From: Podarcis pityusensis
Taxonomy: Eukaryota
Assembly: GCA_964106645.2 (NCBI GenBank)
Contig: OZ067048.1
Reading direction: 5' to 3' (one strand)
Length of the DNA: 64,000 nucleotides
Numbering within the stretch: the stretch's first letter is position 1; each line of letters opens with the position of its first letter. The position numbers were made by a program, and so were the translations under genes. A model generated the notes under the pieces. It saw nothing but the letters and a program-made list of their open reading frames with translations. It searched no databases and was not told the DNA's origin. Shown one piece after another: positions 52,169 through 64,000 of this stretch.

Positions 52169-52786
52169 CAGTAGTTTTCAACCAGTGTGCCGTGGCACCC
52201 TGGGGTGCCTTGAATGATGGTCAGGGGTGCCACAGGCAACACTGGCCTTTGTCCCTCTTCCTTTCCCTCCCTCCCTCCTCTGATGACATCTCGTGTCTCT
52301 GCCTCCCAAAGGCTTGCATAGCTATTTGTTGCAGTAGCCCTGCCTACAAGCTCCCCAGGTAAATTGTGCCTCTGGAGCTGGCCAGCGGATGCTGGTTGCC
52401 TGTAGCTGATGTGGCATCAAAGTAAGCAAGCAAGTGGGAGAGGGAGCCCAGCCAGCTAGTCTGCCAGCCCTTGCTGCTGGGAAGGGAGAGACAAGTCCCA
52501 GGCCCATGTGGGGCAGTGTAAGTAAGAGGCATCTCTCTTTGGGGCAGGGGAGCAATGCTGTTCAGAGATCAGCGGCAGCGGCAGCAGCTGCCCAGAGGAC
52601 TCCCAAGAAGAGGAGAGGAGATTGAGGGAACACTCCACAAGGGAGGATGTTTGAAAAAAGGTGAGAGGCTGCCAGCTCTGCAGGAAAGGGGCGACATAAC
52701 TGGGCACCTGAATCCCTACAGGGGTGCTGCAGAAAGAATGTAGTCAGTCAATGGAGCCATGGACTTGAAAAGGTTGAAAACCTCTG
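52169..52786. mobile_element. hAT non-autonomous element
   Basis: CAGTAGTTTTCAACC...GGTTGAAAACCTCTG; TSD decayed. Confidence 0.75.
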
Positions 52787-52818
52787 AGTTAAAGTATTCC
52801 TGTGGTATTTTTTCCAAA

Positions 52819-52834
52819 CCACAAGGTGTCAGTA
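52819..52834 (+). promoter_or_regulatory. Candidate CTCF motif
   Basis: CCACAAGGTGTCAGTA; motif match only. Confidence 0.35.
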
Positions 52835-53360
52835 TAATACATTTTCCTGGGGATGTGTTTAGAATTTACAGATCAAATTTTTGGTAACTGTACAGGTCCC
52901 ACAGTATCAAAATACCAAATTGGGATTACATTCTATAAAGGCCAACTAACAATAAAATAAAGAGTGAACTTTCAAATAATACAGAATTGTTCTCCAGACT
53001 GAATGTTCAACTTCTGTTTCTGAGTTGTATTGTCTATGCTTACAGTTTTGTTTTGATTTTTTAAGGAGTAAGGCTGCAGAGCAATATAATGCTATAAAAT
53101 TTAACAACATAGACTCATTATCTATTACCTTCTGCAGGCCATGCCTCTTCTGTATGCCACAGACCCTTTCTTATAAAGGTCTTTTAAATATCCTAACATG
53201 CCCTTTAGAACTTGTACTACATTTCAAGTACAGTACTGCATTTGCAAGTTTTCAATATACTGGAATCCCGGAATCTTGGTAGTGTTGTTCTAAGTTGACG
53301 GGTAACATCAGTAAGAGATGCATATTGCTATCTTAAGAACGTCTGAGCACTGCAACATAT

Positions 53361-53828
53361 TGCTGCACACCATCCCAATCTCAGAGTGGTGCAGGATTCC
53401 AGGCTTCCAGGCGCTTACCCTGGGTTTGGTTTCCTCAGAATAAGGCACAGCAGAGACTGTGGTGTCTTTATGATATATGGTTTAGTTACACATATATACA
53501 ACCTGAGCCTACAATGGATGGGTTCACAGCATTAAAATGCCAAAAGCGCCTTGCTTCTCCCATAGCCACAGCCTTGGATTCCAACAGAAATCAGATATAG
53601 CTGTGTCTCCCAGCTGCCCAACCTCCAGCTCACATAGCTCAAATCTTAACGCTGGCTTTTGTCTTTCTAAGTACCAGACAATTGAGGGAGAGGGCCCACC
53701 CATTTGCTCTCTGGCACAGAGTCACTTCCTTTGTTACCTCAATGACCCATACTTAGGTCATTACTTCACCAGGAAGCTAGACTGGCAATTCCAGGAACTG
53801 AATCTGTGCTGGATCATGAGAAGTAACA
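53361..53828 (-). mobile_element. Possible solo LTR
   Basis: TG...CA ends (minus strand starts TGTTAC), decayed poly(A)-signal-like GTAACTAAACCAT; no clear TSD. Confidence 0.4.
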
Positions 53829-53834
53829 TCTAGA

Positions 53835-54431
53835 CCATGGGAGTGTTTCAGCCCTGTTCTCGAGTTTGTTCAAAACCCAAAGCAGCTTTATCGTGTATTC
53901 CTTTCTTTGAATTTGTGCCATTTAGGTTTTTAAAGCTTTTTGTAAAAGCAGCACTAGAATTTTCACAGTTGAGTCTTCAACCCCTTATTATTATGCTTTG
54001 TCTTCTTCAAGTTTGGCTTTGTTTAATACTTGCTATTTAAGTTTTCAAACCTTTTTTGTAAATTCAGTATTAGAAACTGTACTTTTGAGTCTTCAATCCT
54101 TTATTACTGCGCTTTGCTTTACCTAGGTCAAGCTAGGATTATAATACGTCAGAATTTTGGGGGTTCTACCCTTGTTTGAATTTTGGTCATTTAAAGTTTG
54201 TGATTTTTCTATTTCCTTCTGAGGAAACTGAATAGTTCAGTGAAACGAGGTTTGTAGCCAGCATCCCATTAAGGCTTTGTTCTATCTTAGGTTTTTCTAA
54301 TTTTTTCCCTTAAGCTTTTTTATTTTTATTATTTAGTTGATTTCCACAAGATAATATTTCTAGTCGATTACTTCTCGTTTCAGGGATTTTCACGGTATTT
54401 CATTTGTTTTGTACAATTTCTCAGTTCCATG
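53835..54431 (+). mobile_element. Unclassified T-rich non-coding element with ~116-bp internal duplication and hammerhead motif
   Basis: Two diverged copies of TTTTTGTAAA...TAGAA...TTGAGTCTTCAA.CC.TTATTA...GCTTTG; CCATG at both ends; boundaries approximate. Confidence 0.45.
54215..54274 (+). ncRNA. Type I hammerhead ribozyme motif with partly decayed stem III
   Basis: CCUU-CUGAGGA-A-ACUGAA(UAG)UUCAGU-GAA-ACGAGG...UCCCAU-U/AAGG. Confidence 0.6.
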
Positions 54432-54894
54432 ACTATCTTTTTTCTATTGGTTTCTTACACTAATGCAGCAGAACTGTGGCTGCATTTAGCTGAGGAGCCA
54501 AACTGTAATCTGCATTGCCTATTTTATTATTATTATTTATTTTTAGTAAAGGAACAAAATACATTCCTTTTAAGAATGACATCACTAGACAAGAATTGTT
54601 GGTATTATTTATTTATTTACTTATTTATATACTGCTTACATACCAAGAGATACACAAGTACAGAGGTCATTTGATGTCAATCTGTTTTAGTGTATCTTTC
54701 TCAAATTTCCTGCAGTCCCCAGTTCTAACTCTACTACAGTTCTCATTTAAGCCTTAAATCCTCTTGTTTCTATTTTCAAAATGTGATGTACTTACAATCC
54801 ATTGGCACAAAAGAACAGTAAACAATCAAAGGCAGCAAATATTGGTCAGAGAAGATGTTTCTAACAGTCTGATTCTATTATTTAGTTCCACTTA

Positions 54895-55186
54895 CTGTTT
54901 TTTTCCATATTTAAGATGCTCCCATGTATAAGACAACCCCTATTTTTTAGAACCCAAAATTTAAAAAATCAATATTTTTAACACCAAACAGAACAACTTT
55001 GAGCTTTTTTTGCAGAGGTCACCCAAAGTTAGGGTTACAATATTTCAAGAGCCTGAGCCCAAATCTGAGCCCAGACTGCCTGCCCAAACCCAAACCCCTG
55101 TGCATTCACCATCCATGTATAAGACCCTATTTTTTTTAATAATATTTTTTAGCAAAAAACATCATCTTATACCCAGGAAAACATGG
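54895..55186. mobile_element. Old Tc1/mariner MITE
   Basis: TA-CTGTTTTTTTCCATATTTAAGA...TCTTATACCCAGGAAAACATGG-TA, decayed CCGTATTTT-type TIRs. Confidence 0.6.
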
Positions 55187-57289
55187 TAAATGTCTCTCGT
55201 CTAATGCTACACTAGAAGTGGGGAACCTTCTTGCACTTACGGACCAGACTTTCTCAGAGAGAAGTGACTGGGGTCGTGTATCAGTGATGGTGGGGTCAAA
55301 GCATAAACATTGAACTATCCATTCATTGATCTATTCACACATATACATATACAAGCTTCACTTGCTAATGCAATTGTGAAGGGGGCAGAATGCAGCCTTC
55401 AGTGAGGAGGAAGTAATGTGGCCTAGGGAGAGTGCCATAGGCTGGATTGACGGGCTAGATTTGGCCCATGAAGCAAATATTTACCATCTCTGTTGTATAT
55501 CATAAGTGTGTGTCATAACCCCAGTTCTCAGGCCAAAAATACACTTTCTTGGAAAATGCATAAAGAGATAACTTACACTTCTAGTGTGCTGGTATTTCCC
55601 CCTAGTCTCTGCATGGCACAGCCATACAAGGGCCATTTCATCCCACTCATAAGGCCAGACAAGTAGCATTTTGGCCCATGGGACCTGAGGCAGCTGGTAC
55701 AAACAGCACCAGTTATGTCTAGTATAGCTATTTTGGGGCAGCAGATCATTGAGTCCGTCTGTTCTACTCTCCAAATAAATTGTGCTTCTCTTGTAACCAC
55801 ATTTTTCTTTACATCCCAAACCTTAACGCAATTCAGTTACAATCTTCAGCACATTTACTTTCCCAAATTGCATGAAAATCACTTTTAAGTAAACATTATT
55901 AGAATTGGAGTGGTATTTAGAAATATATGTCCTATTTATTCCTGCAGCACTCACCACCCTGACTTAGGTGCCACATTATTAAGGAGGATAACTGTTAACT
56001 GACCTTCCCTCATACCTTTGGCAACTTCCTAATACAAGAAATCAACTGAAACTGAAAGTAAACTCTGGCATGTGCTTGATCATTTGTGCTATGGATACAT
56101 GTTTCAAGAAAGTATAAGTAAATAATTCACTTATATATCAGCGAACATTTGAAAACCTCAGTTAAGGAAATGTGTAGCAGTCAGACTTTGGAACTCTCTC
56201 CCCAGAGAGATCAACTTTGCCCTATATAGACTTAAAACCTTTATGTTTAGAAAGCTCCTTGGCCTTTAAGGGCCTCTATTGACCACCACACCTACATTGC
56301 TCTTTTTGAGGCGGCGCTTTTTAGTAGGGTTTTATTGATATTTCATTGCTGCTGTCTCAGTTTAAAATGCTTAATTCTTAATTTTAAACTGCCTTGAAAA
56401 TCCCTTTGCAATATCTTGGATCTGAGCTATCGGTTCAGCTTTATATTAGGGCCAGTTTAGCCATCTAAACTGCAATCCATAAAACATAAAGGGTCCTGCT
56501 AGGTCAGACCAGAGCTCTATCAAGTTCAGCACTTACTTCCCACAGCAAGCAAGCAAGGTGATGCTTCATGGTAATCCACGAATGGGACATGAAGACAATA
56601 GCTTCTCCTCCTATTTCTGTCCAGCAACTGGGATTCTGAGACATAGAAGTGCCATATAACCACCATATAACCATTACAACCAATAGCAACTGATGGACTT
56701 ATCAATCATGAATACATAAATCTTCTTTTAATGCTAGATAAGAAGGCTGCAGACTCATGTGCTTAAAACTCAGGTATGCTGGGTTATGTGTTGTGGGATA
56801 GGATGAGAACTTAACAGCAGAAGGAATGAGTGGATGGGTGAGGGAAAATGAACCCTGACCTGCCACAACATATTTCTTCATAGCCCATCATCTTTGATGT
56901 TTTTCTCTCCAAGGGCTCACTTCCAGTCCTGAAGCCTGTGGGGGAGGAGAAGGAGTTCAGGCAATGAACTACAAGGAGGTAAGCTATGGAAGGGATAAGG
57001 TTTTAGTGCACTCATTTTGCTCCTTAATTTGGACGCCACCTGTTCTTACAACTTGAGTATCAGAGATCCTAGATTCAGCAACTGTCATGTCTAGTTTGGC
57101 ATTTCCGGTTGTGACAGGAATTCAGCTAAATGGAAGTGGCCTCTCTACTGAATGATCTCTGCTCCAGCCATAACAATTTACCCCATGACTCGCTGCCATT
57201 ATGAACATCTCCATATCAATTACTCCACAATCCTGGCAGCTACTGATGAGCACAAGTAGATCTAATGTGGAGTTCACTCACCATAGGAA

Positions 57290-58240
57290 GAGTGGCCTAG
57301 TGCTTAATATCCAAAAAATCAAAGTGCTGAACCAAGAAGCACAAAAGAACCCCTCTGCACCACAAATCCAACTTAATGGCATAACATTTTAAAGTGTTGA
57401 TCACTTTTCCTACCTGGGCAGTTATCTTTCCAGCATCGCCTGAGCTTTCTCCCAAATGAAATGCAGAGTGTTTGAGGACCGGGACATTTGCAGGGAAACC
57501 AAAATGCTTGTTTACAAAGCTACTGTATTACCAACTTTACTGTACGCTTGTGAAACATGGACCACTTATAAACGCCATCTCCAACTCCTCAAATGATTCC
57601 ATCAACAGTGTCTCCAAAAAGTTTAAATATCACTTGGGAAAACAGGCGAACTAATGCCAGTGTACTAGAAGAAGCAAAGATCACCACTAGTGAAGCAATG
57701 ATTCTTCAACATCAACTTCATTGGGCTGGTCATGTTGTTTGGATACCTGATTATCATCTTTCAAAGCAACTACTCTATTCCCAGCTTAAGAATGGGAAGC
57801 AAAATGCCAGTGGACAACAAAAGAGGTTTAAAAAGGCTCTCAATAGAAATATTTTAAAATGCAATAAAAGCACAGATAATTGGGAAACACTGGCCTGCAA
57901 GTGCTCCAGTTTGAGAATAGCTTATACGAAAGCTATTCAAAGTCATCGACTTTGAAGAAGCACAAACTCAGGACAAAAGGGAGAAACAAGCTAAGAAGAA
58001 GGTACATTTGGCAAATCCTCACCGTGATCAACTCCCACCCAAAAACATATGTCCCCAATGTGGAAGGAGAAACCCAATCAGATGGGTGGGGTATAAATAA
58101 TAAATTATTATTATAAATTATTATTATTATAAGGATGTGTGGACCCAGAACTGGCCTCCACAGTCACTTACGGACACACTGTTAAGATCATATTCATGGA
58201 AAACCATGTTACTTGGCAACAAATGATCACCAAAAAAGAG
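57290..58240 (+). mobile_element. RTE-clade LINE 3' fragment
   Basis: LNITWENRRTNASVLEEA...QLHWAGHVVWIPD..LSKQLLYSQL..G.Q..GQQKRFK; VLPTLLYACETW in another frame; frameshifted. Confidence 0.85.
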
Positions 58241-60281
58241 AAGGAAGGGTGTTTACAGCAACCTATCTATAGTTATTGTAACATGTGCTTCAGCCCTTAA
58301 TTAGTAAAGCAGATGAGGTCAGTTTACTTTCTGCAAGACTTAGAAGTGCAACAACTGAATTTGCTAGACCCGAGCAAAAGAACTTTTCAAAACAACCTAC
58401 TTGACTTTAAAGCTTTTAAAGGAGCTGAAATACCCATATACTTTATACATTACATTTTAATGTGTATCACCACCTATCACGTATTTGACATGGATATATT
58501 GAGATATGTGGATTGTTCCAAGTATTTGTTGTGGACACAAATTGCAGGGATCAAGACTGGCCTGCATCTCTCAGCATTTTTCGAAGCAAACGCAAGTTTG
58601 TTGCTGTGTAAAATGAAGCTACTTCATTTACACAATTGTTCTGCCAATATTCATATATTTAAGGATTCATGTTTCTGAGAATGGTGGTTGAGAGACTAGC
58701 TATGAACTAGAAGTCCCAACTTAAAACTTTTCCATATCTTACTAGGTGGCCTTAAGCTTCTGTATATTTCTCTGTCTCTCACAACACACAGCATAGGGCT
58801 ATAATAGTACTGTAGTATGGCATTTATGCAAGGATTACTGAAATGTATGCAAAGCACATAAAACGTTTTAAGTACAAAGTATTGTTACTATGTATATACC
58901 AGTAACTTGTTTTGAAACTTACGTCACATCATCCTTTAGGGCACATAAACTCATGATCAGACTCTGAAATCTGCAATACTTTGCATGACTGGCTTGTAGA
59001 AATATGTCTCACACAAAACAGATTTGGCATCTGGATACTTTTCCTTCCAGATTCGGTGCTTTACTGTGGCCTGCACAGACCTGCCCGTTAATAATTTCCA
59101 GAGTGCTATCTGCTCCCAAGGATTTCTGAGCAGCAAGACGGTATGCTACTTGAGTTCATTAGAGCAATCATATTCAAGCGAAAATAATTTGGACAAAACA
59201 TTCAAGATGCCATTAAGCCCTATAATGGGACAGCCTGTGGGACATACTAGATGGTGCTGATGTTGACAGTTTTTCTTTAAAACATTTGAAATAGCAAGCT
59301 GACGGCCAAAAGTAGAGAGAGTTATTTTTACAGTTTTCGATGAGCATGCAGCATATTCTGTTTGTTATCAGATGTTAAGTTCCAGTTCTGTCCTGTACTT
59401 CAAAGGTGTCTCTGCCTCAACAACAAATATAAGAAGTGAAAAAAGCAGCCAAGTAGAGCTGCAGATTGCCTATGTCACTGGAAGGGGCTGTCACATTTTC
59501 AGTTGGATGGAGTAAAAAAAAAATCTGTGTTTTCCTCATACCAAAATACCTATAACCCTGTCACCAAACCCAAAGGGTTGTATCCAAGTGAGTTTTATTC
59601 AGAAATCAGTCATATCCATTTATTCAATAGGTCCACTCTGAATATGACTAATATTGGATACAATTCTAAGTATTTATATATATTATTGTGCCTTGGGATG
59701 AACTCCAAAATGCTCTTAGAAGGGTGTAAGCCCCAGTGAACACACTGGGACTTAACCTTTGAAAAATAAGCACATGGTTGCACTGTAAGAGTGCATTAGA
59801 AACATTAAGTTGAAAAAGAATACTTATTTTAAGTTCAAAAGCTTTTATCTACTTACAATTAACATATTCCTTAAATTATTACCTCTTCCCCCCAAGTGAT
59901 ATTGAAAAAATATACCCTTAGTTAGGGGGAAATCTTAGGTGGGCAACCCTGAGTCAGTTGAGAGGAGTTGGAGCAGTACCACTTTTGGAAGGTGGTTGCA
60001 ACCACTGATGTTTAAAACCCAGAAATTTTTGTATTCTAAAACAAGCTATTCTTAAATGAATATATTACAAATGTAGAAGTCTGGTTTTATTTTGTTTTTA
60101 AGTACTAGATGGGGCAAATCAATATTGTTGGTGGGATGGTTTATGTGTATGGACTGAGCCCAGCCAACCTATGGCCTGCAAACCTTGAAAATCTTGGTTT
60201 TCATGATTGCAGTTCACATGATTTATTGCTTAATCAAATGGCCGCTACAATAAGTAAAATAAGATTTAATACTTTGCTGAT

Positions 60282-60292
60282 ATGACTCAGCA
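60282..60292 (+). promoter_or_regulatory. Consensus ARE / CNC-sMAF (AP-1-containing) motif
   Basis: ATGACTCAGCA, ~2.1 kb upstream of the HSPB3 start codon. Confidence 0.4.
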
Positions 60293-61084
60293 ATCATATC
60301 ATGCATTTCAGTGTATCTGTAGAATTAAACCAGTCTCCCAGACAGTTTGTTTATAAAGGCACCTCTCAGTTTTTGTGAAGCTATGGTTAACTGAGCTAAT
60401 GTAAGTAATAATGTTAACACAAATTTTCAAAAAGGACTTCTTTTTATAAGATTGTGACATTTGATAGCCCAGGTAACTGACGGGACAAAAATCTTCTCCA
60501 GGGTAATTTAACAAATAATGGTAAACAGAAAATATTTTCCATTTCTTTATAAGAATGTAAAAATTCCTTTGGTTCACCAGGCCTTTTAAGTTCAAACTAT
60601 CTATGTATTGAGAGCAAAGGAGCTGGAGTACAGCCTCTATGCAATTAACACACTGTTATCTCCTGAACACAGCTTTATAAATTGCATGGTTCTTTAATGT
60701 AAGGATAGCAAGGATACAATCTAGCAAGCATGTTTGTTTCGTTTGGTTTTTTATTTTATTCTCCCCCCCCCCCCCCAATGTAATAGAAATACCTGGCAAA
60801 ATCTCAGAAGCCAGGAAGAAGGCTCTGGAAGACTGGCAAAGGACAAGAACAGGATTTCAGGTTCTTCATCATCGTAATGACCATAAGAAGCAAAATAAAT
60901 TATCTTTGTATTTCTAGTCTTGCATTTGGTGAAAACCTATCCACCCCCAAATTATTGGAACCTTGGCTTCCCCTGCAGTGCTTGAGACCCAGGTAGTCTC
61001 AGTGGATCTACAGATTCTTCTCTTCACCTCCCAGGGCTAAAAGAACTCACCAGTTTCCCTGCTGATACCAATGGACTGATGGGT

Positions 61085-61940
61085 TATAACAATTTATAAA
61101 TAGAATGTTAAAACAGTTAAACTGAATTACAGTCAAGAAAGTAGTATGGATCTTAAAATATATATCTCAGCTGCCAAAGGCCAGGGTAAAGCATACGATG
61201 AAAACTATATAACAAAGGTGCCAAGTGCACCTCTGTGCGGAGAAAATTCTACAACTTAGGGGCTGCCATAGAGAACCTCCTCTCCCAGGCTGCCCCCAGA
61301 TTTCTGAGGGTGGTGGAATTACTAAGAGAGCCTCCACTTCCAATTCTAACACATGAGAAATTCTGCATTGAAGGAAACAATCTTTCAGATATTTGGGTCC
61401 TATTTTATTTAGAATTATAACATGATCCTCCGTGCACCAGTACCAGTTTAGTCATGCTGGCCACATGACCTGGAAAGCTGTCTGTGGATAAACGCCGGCT
61501 CCCTCAGCTGGAAAAGCAAGATGAGTGACCATAGTAACCTTTGATAGGACTTAACCATCCAGAGGTCCTTTAGCTTTTTATCTATAACACTAATTGGGCC
61601 CAGAAGCAAAGAGCAACTGGTATATCGTTTTTAAAAAAACAGGGATTATGCAAGTTTTAAATGGAAACTCAATAACCTGACTGCTGAATTGCAAGTTTTA
61701 AATGGAAACTCAATAACCTGACTGCTGAATTTTGGACCAGTTGAAGTTTCCAAGTCATCTTCAAGGGCAGCCCCATGGAAAGCATGTTATAATACTCCAG
61801 CCTGAAAGTTACAAGATAAATTACAGTGACCAGGAAACCTCTATCCAAAAGAGGGTGTAGCTGGCAAACCAGATGGAGCTGGAAAGAGGCACTCCACATC
61901 ATCAAGGTCACTTGAACCTCCAGTGGCAATGTTATACATC
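61085..61940 (-). mobile_element. Degenerate L2 LINE with nested Sauria-SINE fragment (~61428-61578, +) and 41-bp tandem duplication (~61649-61730)
   Basis: SASFQLHLVCQLHPLL...LVTFRLEYYN.L.MGLPLK..WKLQLVQNSAVRLL; TTAGTCATGCTGGCCACATGACC SINE core. Confidence 0.8.
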
Positions 61941-62199
61941 CATTCAATAAACAGATTCAGGCTTTGTACTTAAAGAAAACATCCAGAGAAATCAACTTCT
62001 TGCTCATGATGCAACAGCATAAATAACTTGAATTCACTGTAACCGTATAGTTTTTAAAGAAATAAGAATAAATGGGGGGCATATACCACAATATACTGAT
62101 GTACCCTGAATCATAACATAAAAGAGAAAGTGTAGAATAATGCCATATAAATGCCAACTAATGAAAACGACAACCTTCAAAGCAGCTCAAGCACAAGTC

Positions 62200-62395
62200 C
62201 TATAAATAGTGGTCAATTGTCAGCTTGTCAAAAGATGCAGCATGCCTCTGGATTTGAGTCACACCCAGTGAAGCAATAAGCTCTGCCAGAGCTAAAAATA
62301 ATACACTATCTCAACTGATAAACTAGTCTGTAAGTGAGTGTACAACTGGAAAGGGTACACTACTCTGTTCAAGACTGTTCTGTTCCAGTTGAACA
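62200..62395 (+). promoter_or_regulatory. HSPB3: Muscle-type proximal promoter of HSPB3
   Basis: MEF2 sites CTATAAATAG (62200-62209) and CTAAAAATAA (62292-62301), AP-1 TGAGTCA (62255-62261), E-boxes CAACTG/CAGTTG, GATA site TGATAA. Confidence 0.65.
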
Positions 62396-62431
62396 AAACA
62401 AAGCAGCGGCTTTATCAACATTGTTTCAGCA

Positions 62432-62878
62432 ATGGAAGGAGTAGTTATACGGCATTGGGTGGAAACGCCAATACGTTATCAGGAGCATTTTGCTGATCAA
62501 GATTTGGATGCGTGCAAACTAAACCACTCTCTGTATGCCTTGCCAGGCCTAGCCTCAGCCACTCAGACAAAGAATATACATACAGTCAAGAGTACTGCTG
62601 AAAAAGAGCAGAACCATACAGATGAAGAAAAGCCTAAATTTCAAGTCTTACTAGATGTTGTGCAGTTCCGTCCTGAAGATGTTATCATTCAAACCTTTGA
62701 AGGCTGGCTCCTGATCAAAGCTCAGCATGGACCCAGGATGGATGAACATGGCTTTATAGCCAGAAGCTTTACTAGACAATACAAATTGCCAGACAGAGTT
62801 GAAACAAAAGATCTGAATGCTCTTTTCTGTCATGATGGCATTTTGGTTATTGAAACTAAGACCCTGAGCAAGAAATGA
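62432..62878 (+). CDS. HSPB3: Heat shock protein beta-3 (small HSP, alpha-crystallin domain), single exon, 148 aa
   Basis: HSPB3-specific N-terminus ([12 protein letters not shown]...[10 protein letters not shown]) and domain [49 protein letters not shown]...CHDGILV; good Kozak context GCAATGG. Confidence 0.97.
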   Translation: MEGVVIRHWVETPIRYQEHFADQDLDACKLNHSLYALPGLASATQTKNIHTVKSTAEKEQNHTDEEKPKFQVLLDVVQFRPEDVIIQTFEGWLLIKAQHGPRMDEHGFIARSFTRQYKLPDRVETKDLNALFCHDGILVIETKTLSKK

Positions 62879-64000
62879 ATTATAGACTTTTTGTTACTGG
62901 TGAGACAATATTGTTCCTACTATAGCTTAAGCAATTATGTACTGTGGTGCTCTGCATGCAGAACTGCATTTACAATGAAGATAAAGACAAGCCTTTGCAT
63001 ATTTTACCCAGTTTGATTGTTTGATGTGAAAGACAGTATTTGCTCCCAACAGCTGCTGATGTACGGACATTCATAACAAGGCTATCTGACAGAACAGCAT
63101 GAAGGCTTGAAAAGATGTACAAGATGGATGCAAAAGAATGTGTAAAGGGAAGGTTTTACTAAAGAACAGCAGAAACAGGAAGCTGCATTTGGAATCTGAA
63201 GGCACTTGTATTCAAGAGGCAAAAGATTTAAGCCTAGAGCATACTTTTTATTGAAATAGGATTTTCATGCTGGAAACTGCTGCATTATTAGCACTGTGGC
63301 CATGATCCGAAGAAGTAATTTGTGTATAAGTAAACCAACCAGACAGGTGGACCTCTCTTTAAAGTTTGCCCTATAGCAACTATAACAACTCCTACTCCTG
63401 AAGAGGTAAATCAATTTCTAAACCGAACATTAACTTCTCAGTCCCAGATATATTAATATACTGTATTGAACAATTGATCTTCAAAGTGTTTTTTTTTTCT
63501 CCAGCAAAGATTTGTTATATATGCTCTTCTAAATACTTCAACATTCTGCTTTTGGGAGAACAGCAGCTGTGTAAGTAAGTCTGCTCCTTTCAAGTGTAGT
63601 TAAAATAAGTATGACTGCTGAGCTATGAATAGTAAAGGAATTCAAAAGAGAAAGAGCCAAGCTAAATACAGGCTCTCGTTTTGGGCACCTGTCCTTTGGA
63701 AACATTAAAAGATAAAATATTGTTGTAATTTATCTAGATGCTTTTTAATTTCATTACATTACCTGGACTAAGACTGTTGATGCAAAAGAATGCCAAATCA
63801 GCTCTTGCCATCAGCTACATGCACTGTTGGAGGACTTAATTGGGGGGATGGGAAGGAGAAAGGAGTGCCTAAACCAGCCCCCAAGACTACATCCCCATAT
63901 CTATGAGGTGATCAGTATTGTCACTGATTTGGAAGCATGCTTGGAATGAACCACAGTTGCAAACTGATTGCTGTCTTGAAATTCTATTCTGTCTCCACCT

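Noticed and set aside
63398-63432. CTGAAGA-GGT...ACC-GAAC hammerhead-like pattern
   Set aside because: GAAC rather than GAAA, weak stem II, and no stem I or III partner.

Overview
Vertebrate nuclear DNA from a squamate, very probably a lacertid lizard (Sauria SINEs with ACCTTT-type tails, CR1/L2/RTE LINEs, many hAT and Tc1/mariner MITEs). The window covers the ARL15-HSPB3 interval. A CpG island at ~41.6-42.35 kb is read as the promoter and 5'UTR of ARL15 (minus strand; first coding exon ATG GAT TAT CTG|GTAGGT = MDYL), so positions 1-41508 would be ARL15 intron 1. The single-exon small heat-shock gene HSPB3 (62432-62878, +) lies at the right end behind a MEF2/E-box muscle-type promoter. Nearly all other ORFs in the track are noise or repeat-derived. 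Best leads: (i) this ARL15 appears to lack the mammalian N-terminal 12 residues; (ii) a young Penelope-like element lies sense within ARL15 intron 1, with an uninterrupted GIY-YIG endonuclease frame, a minimal hammerhead ribozyme and a UG-flanked cryptic acceptor that could splice in frame to MDYL; (iii) a second, structurally different type I hammerhead lies in an unclassified ~600 bp non-coding element at 53.8-54.4 kb. All calls were made by eye without database searches. I cannot claim a proven novel system, only testable candidates.
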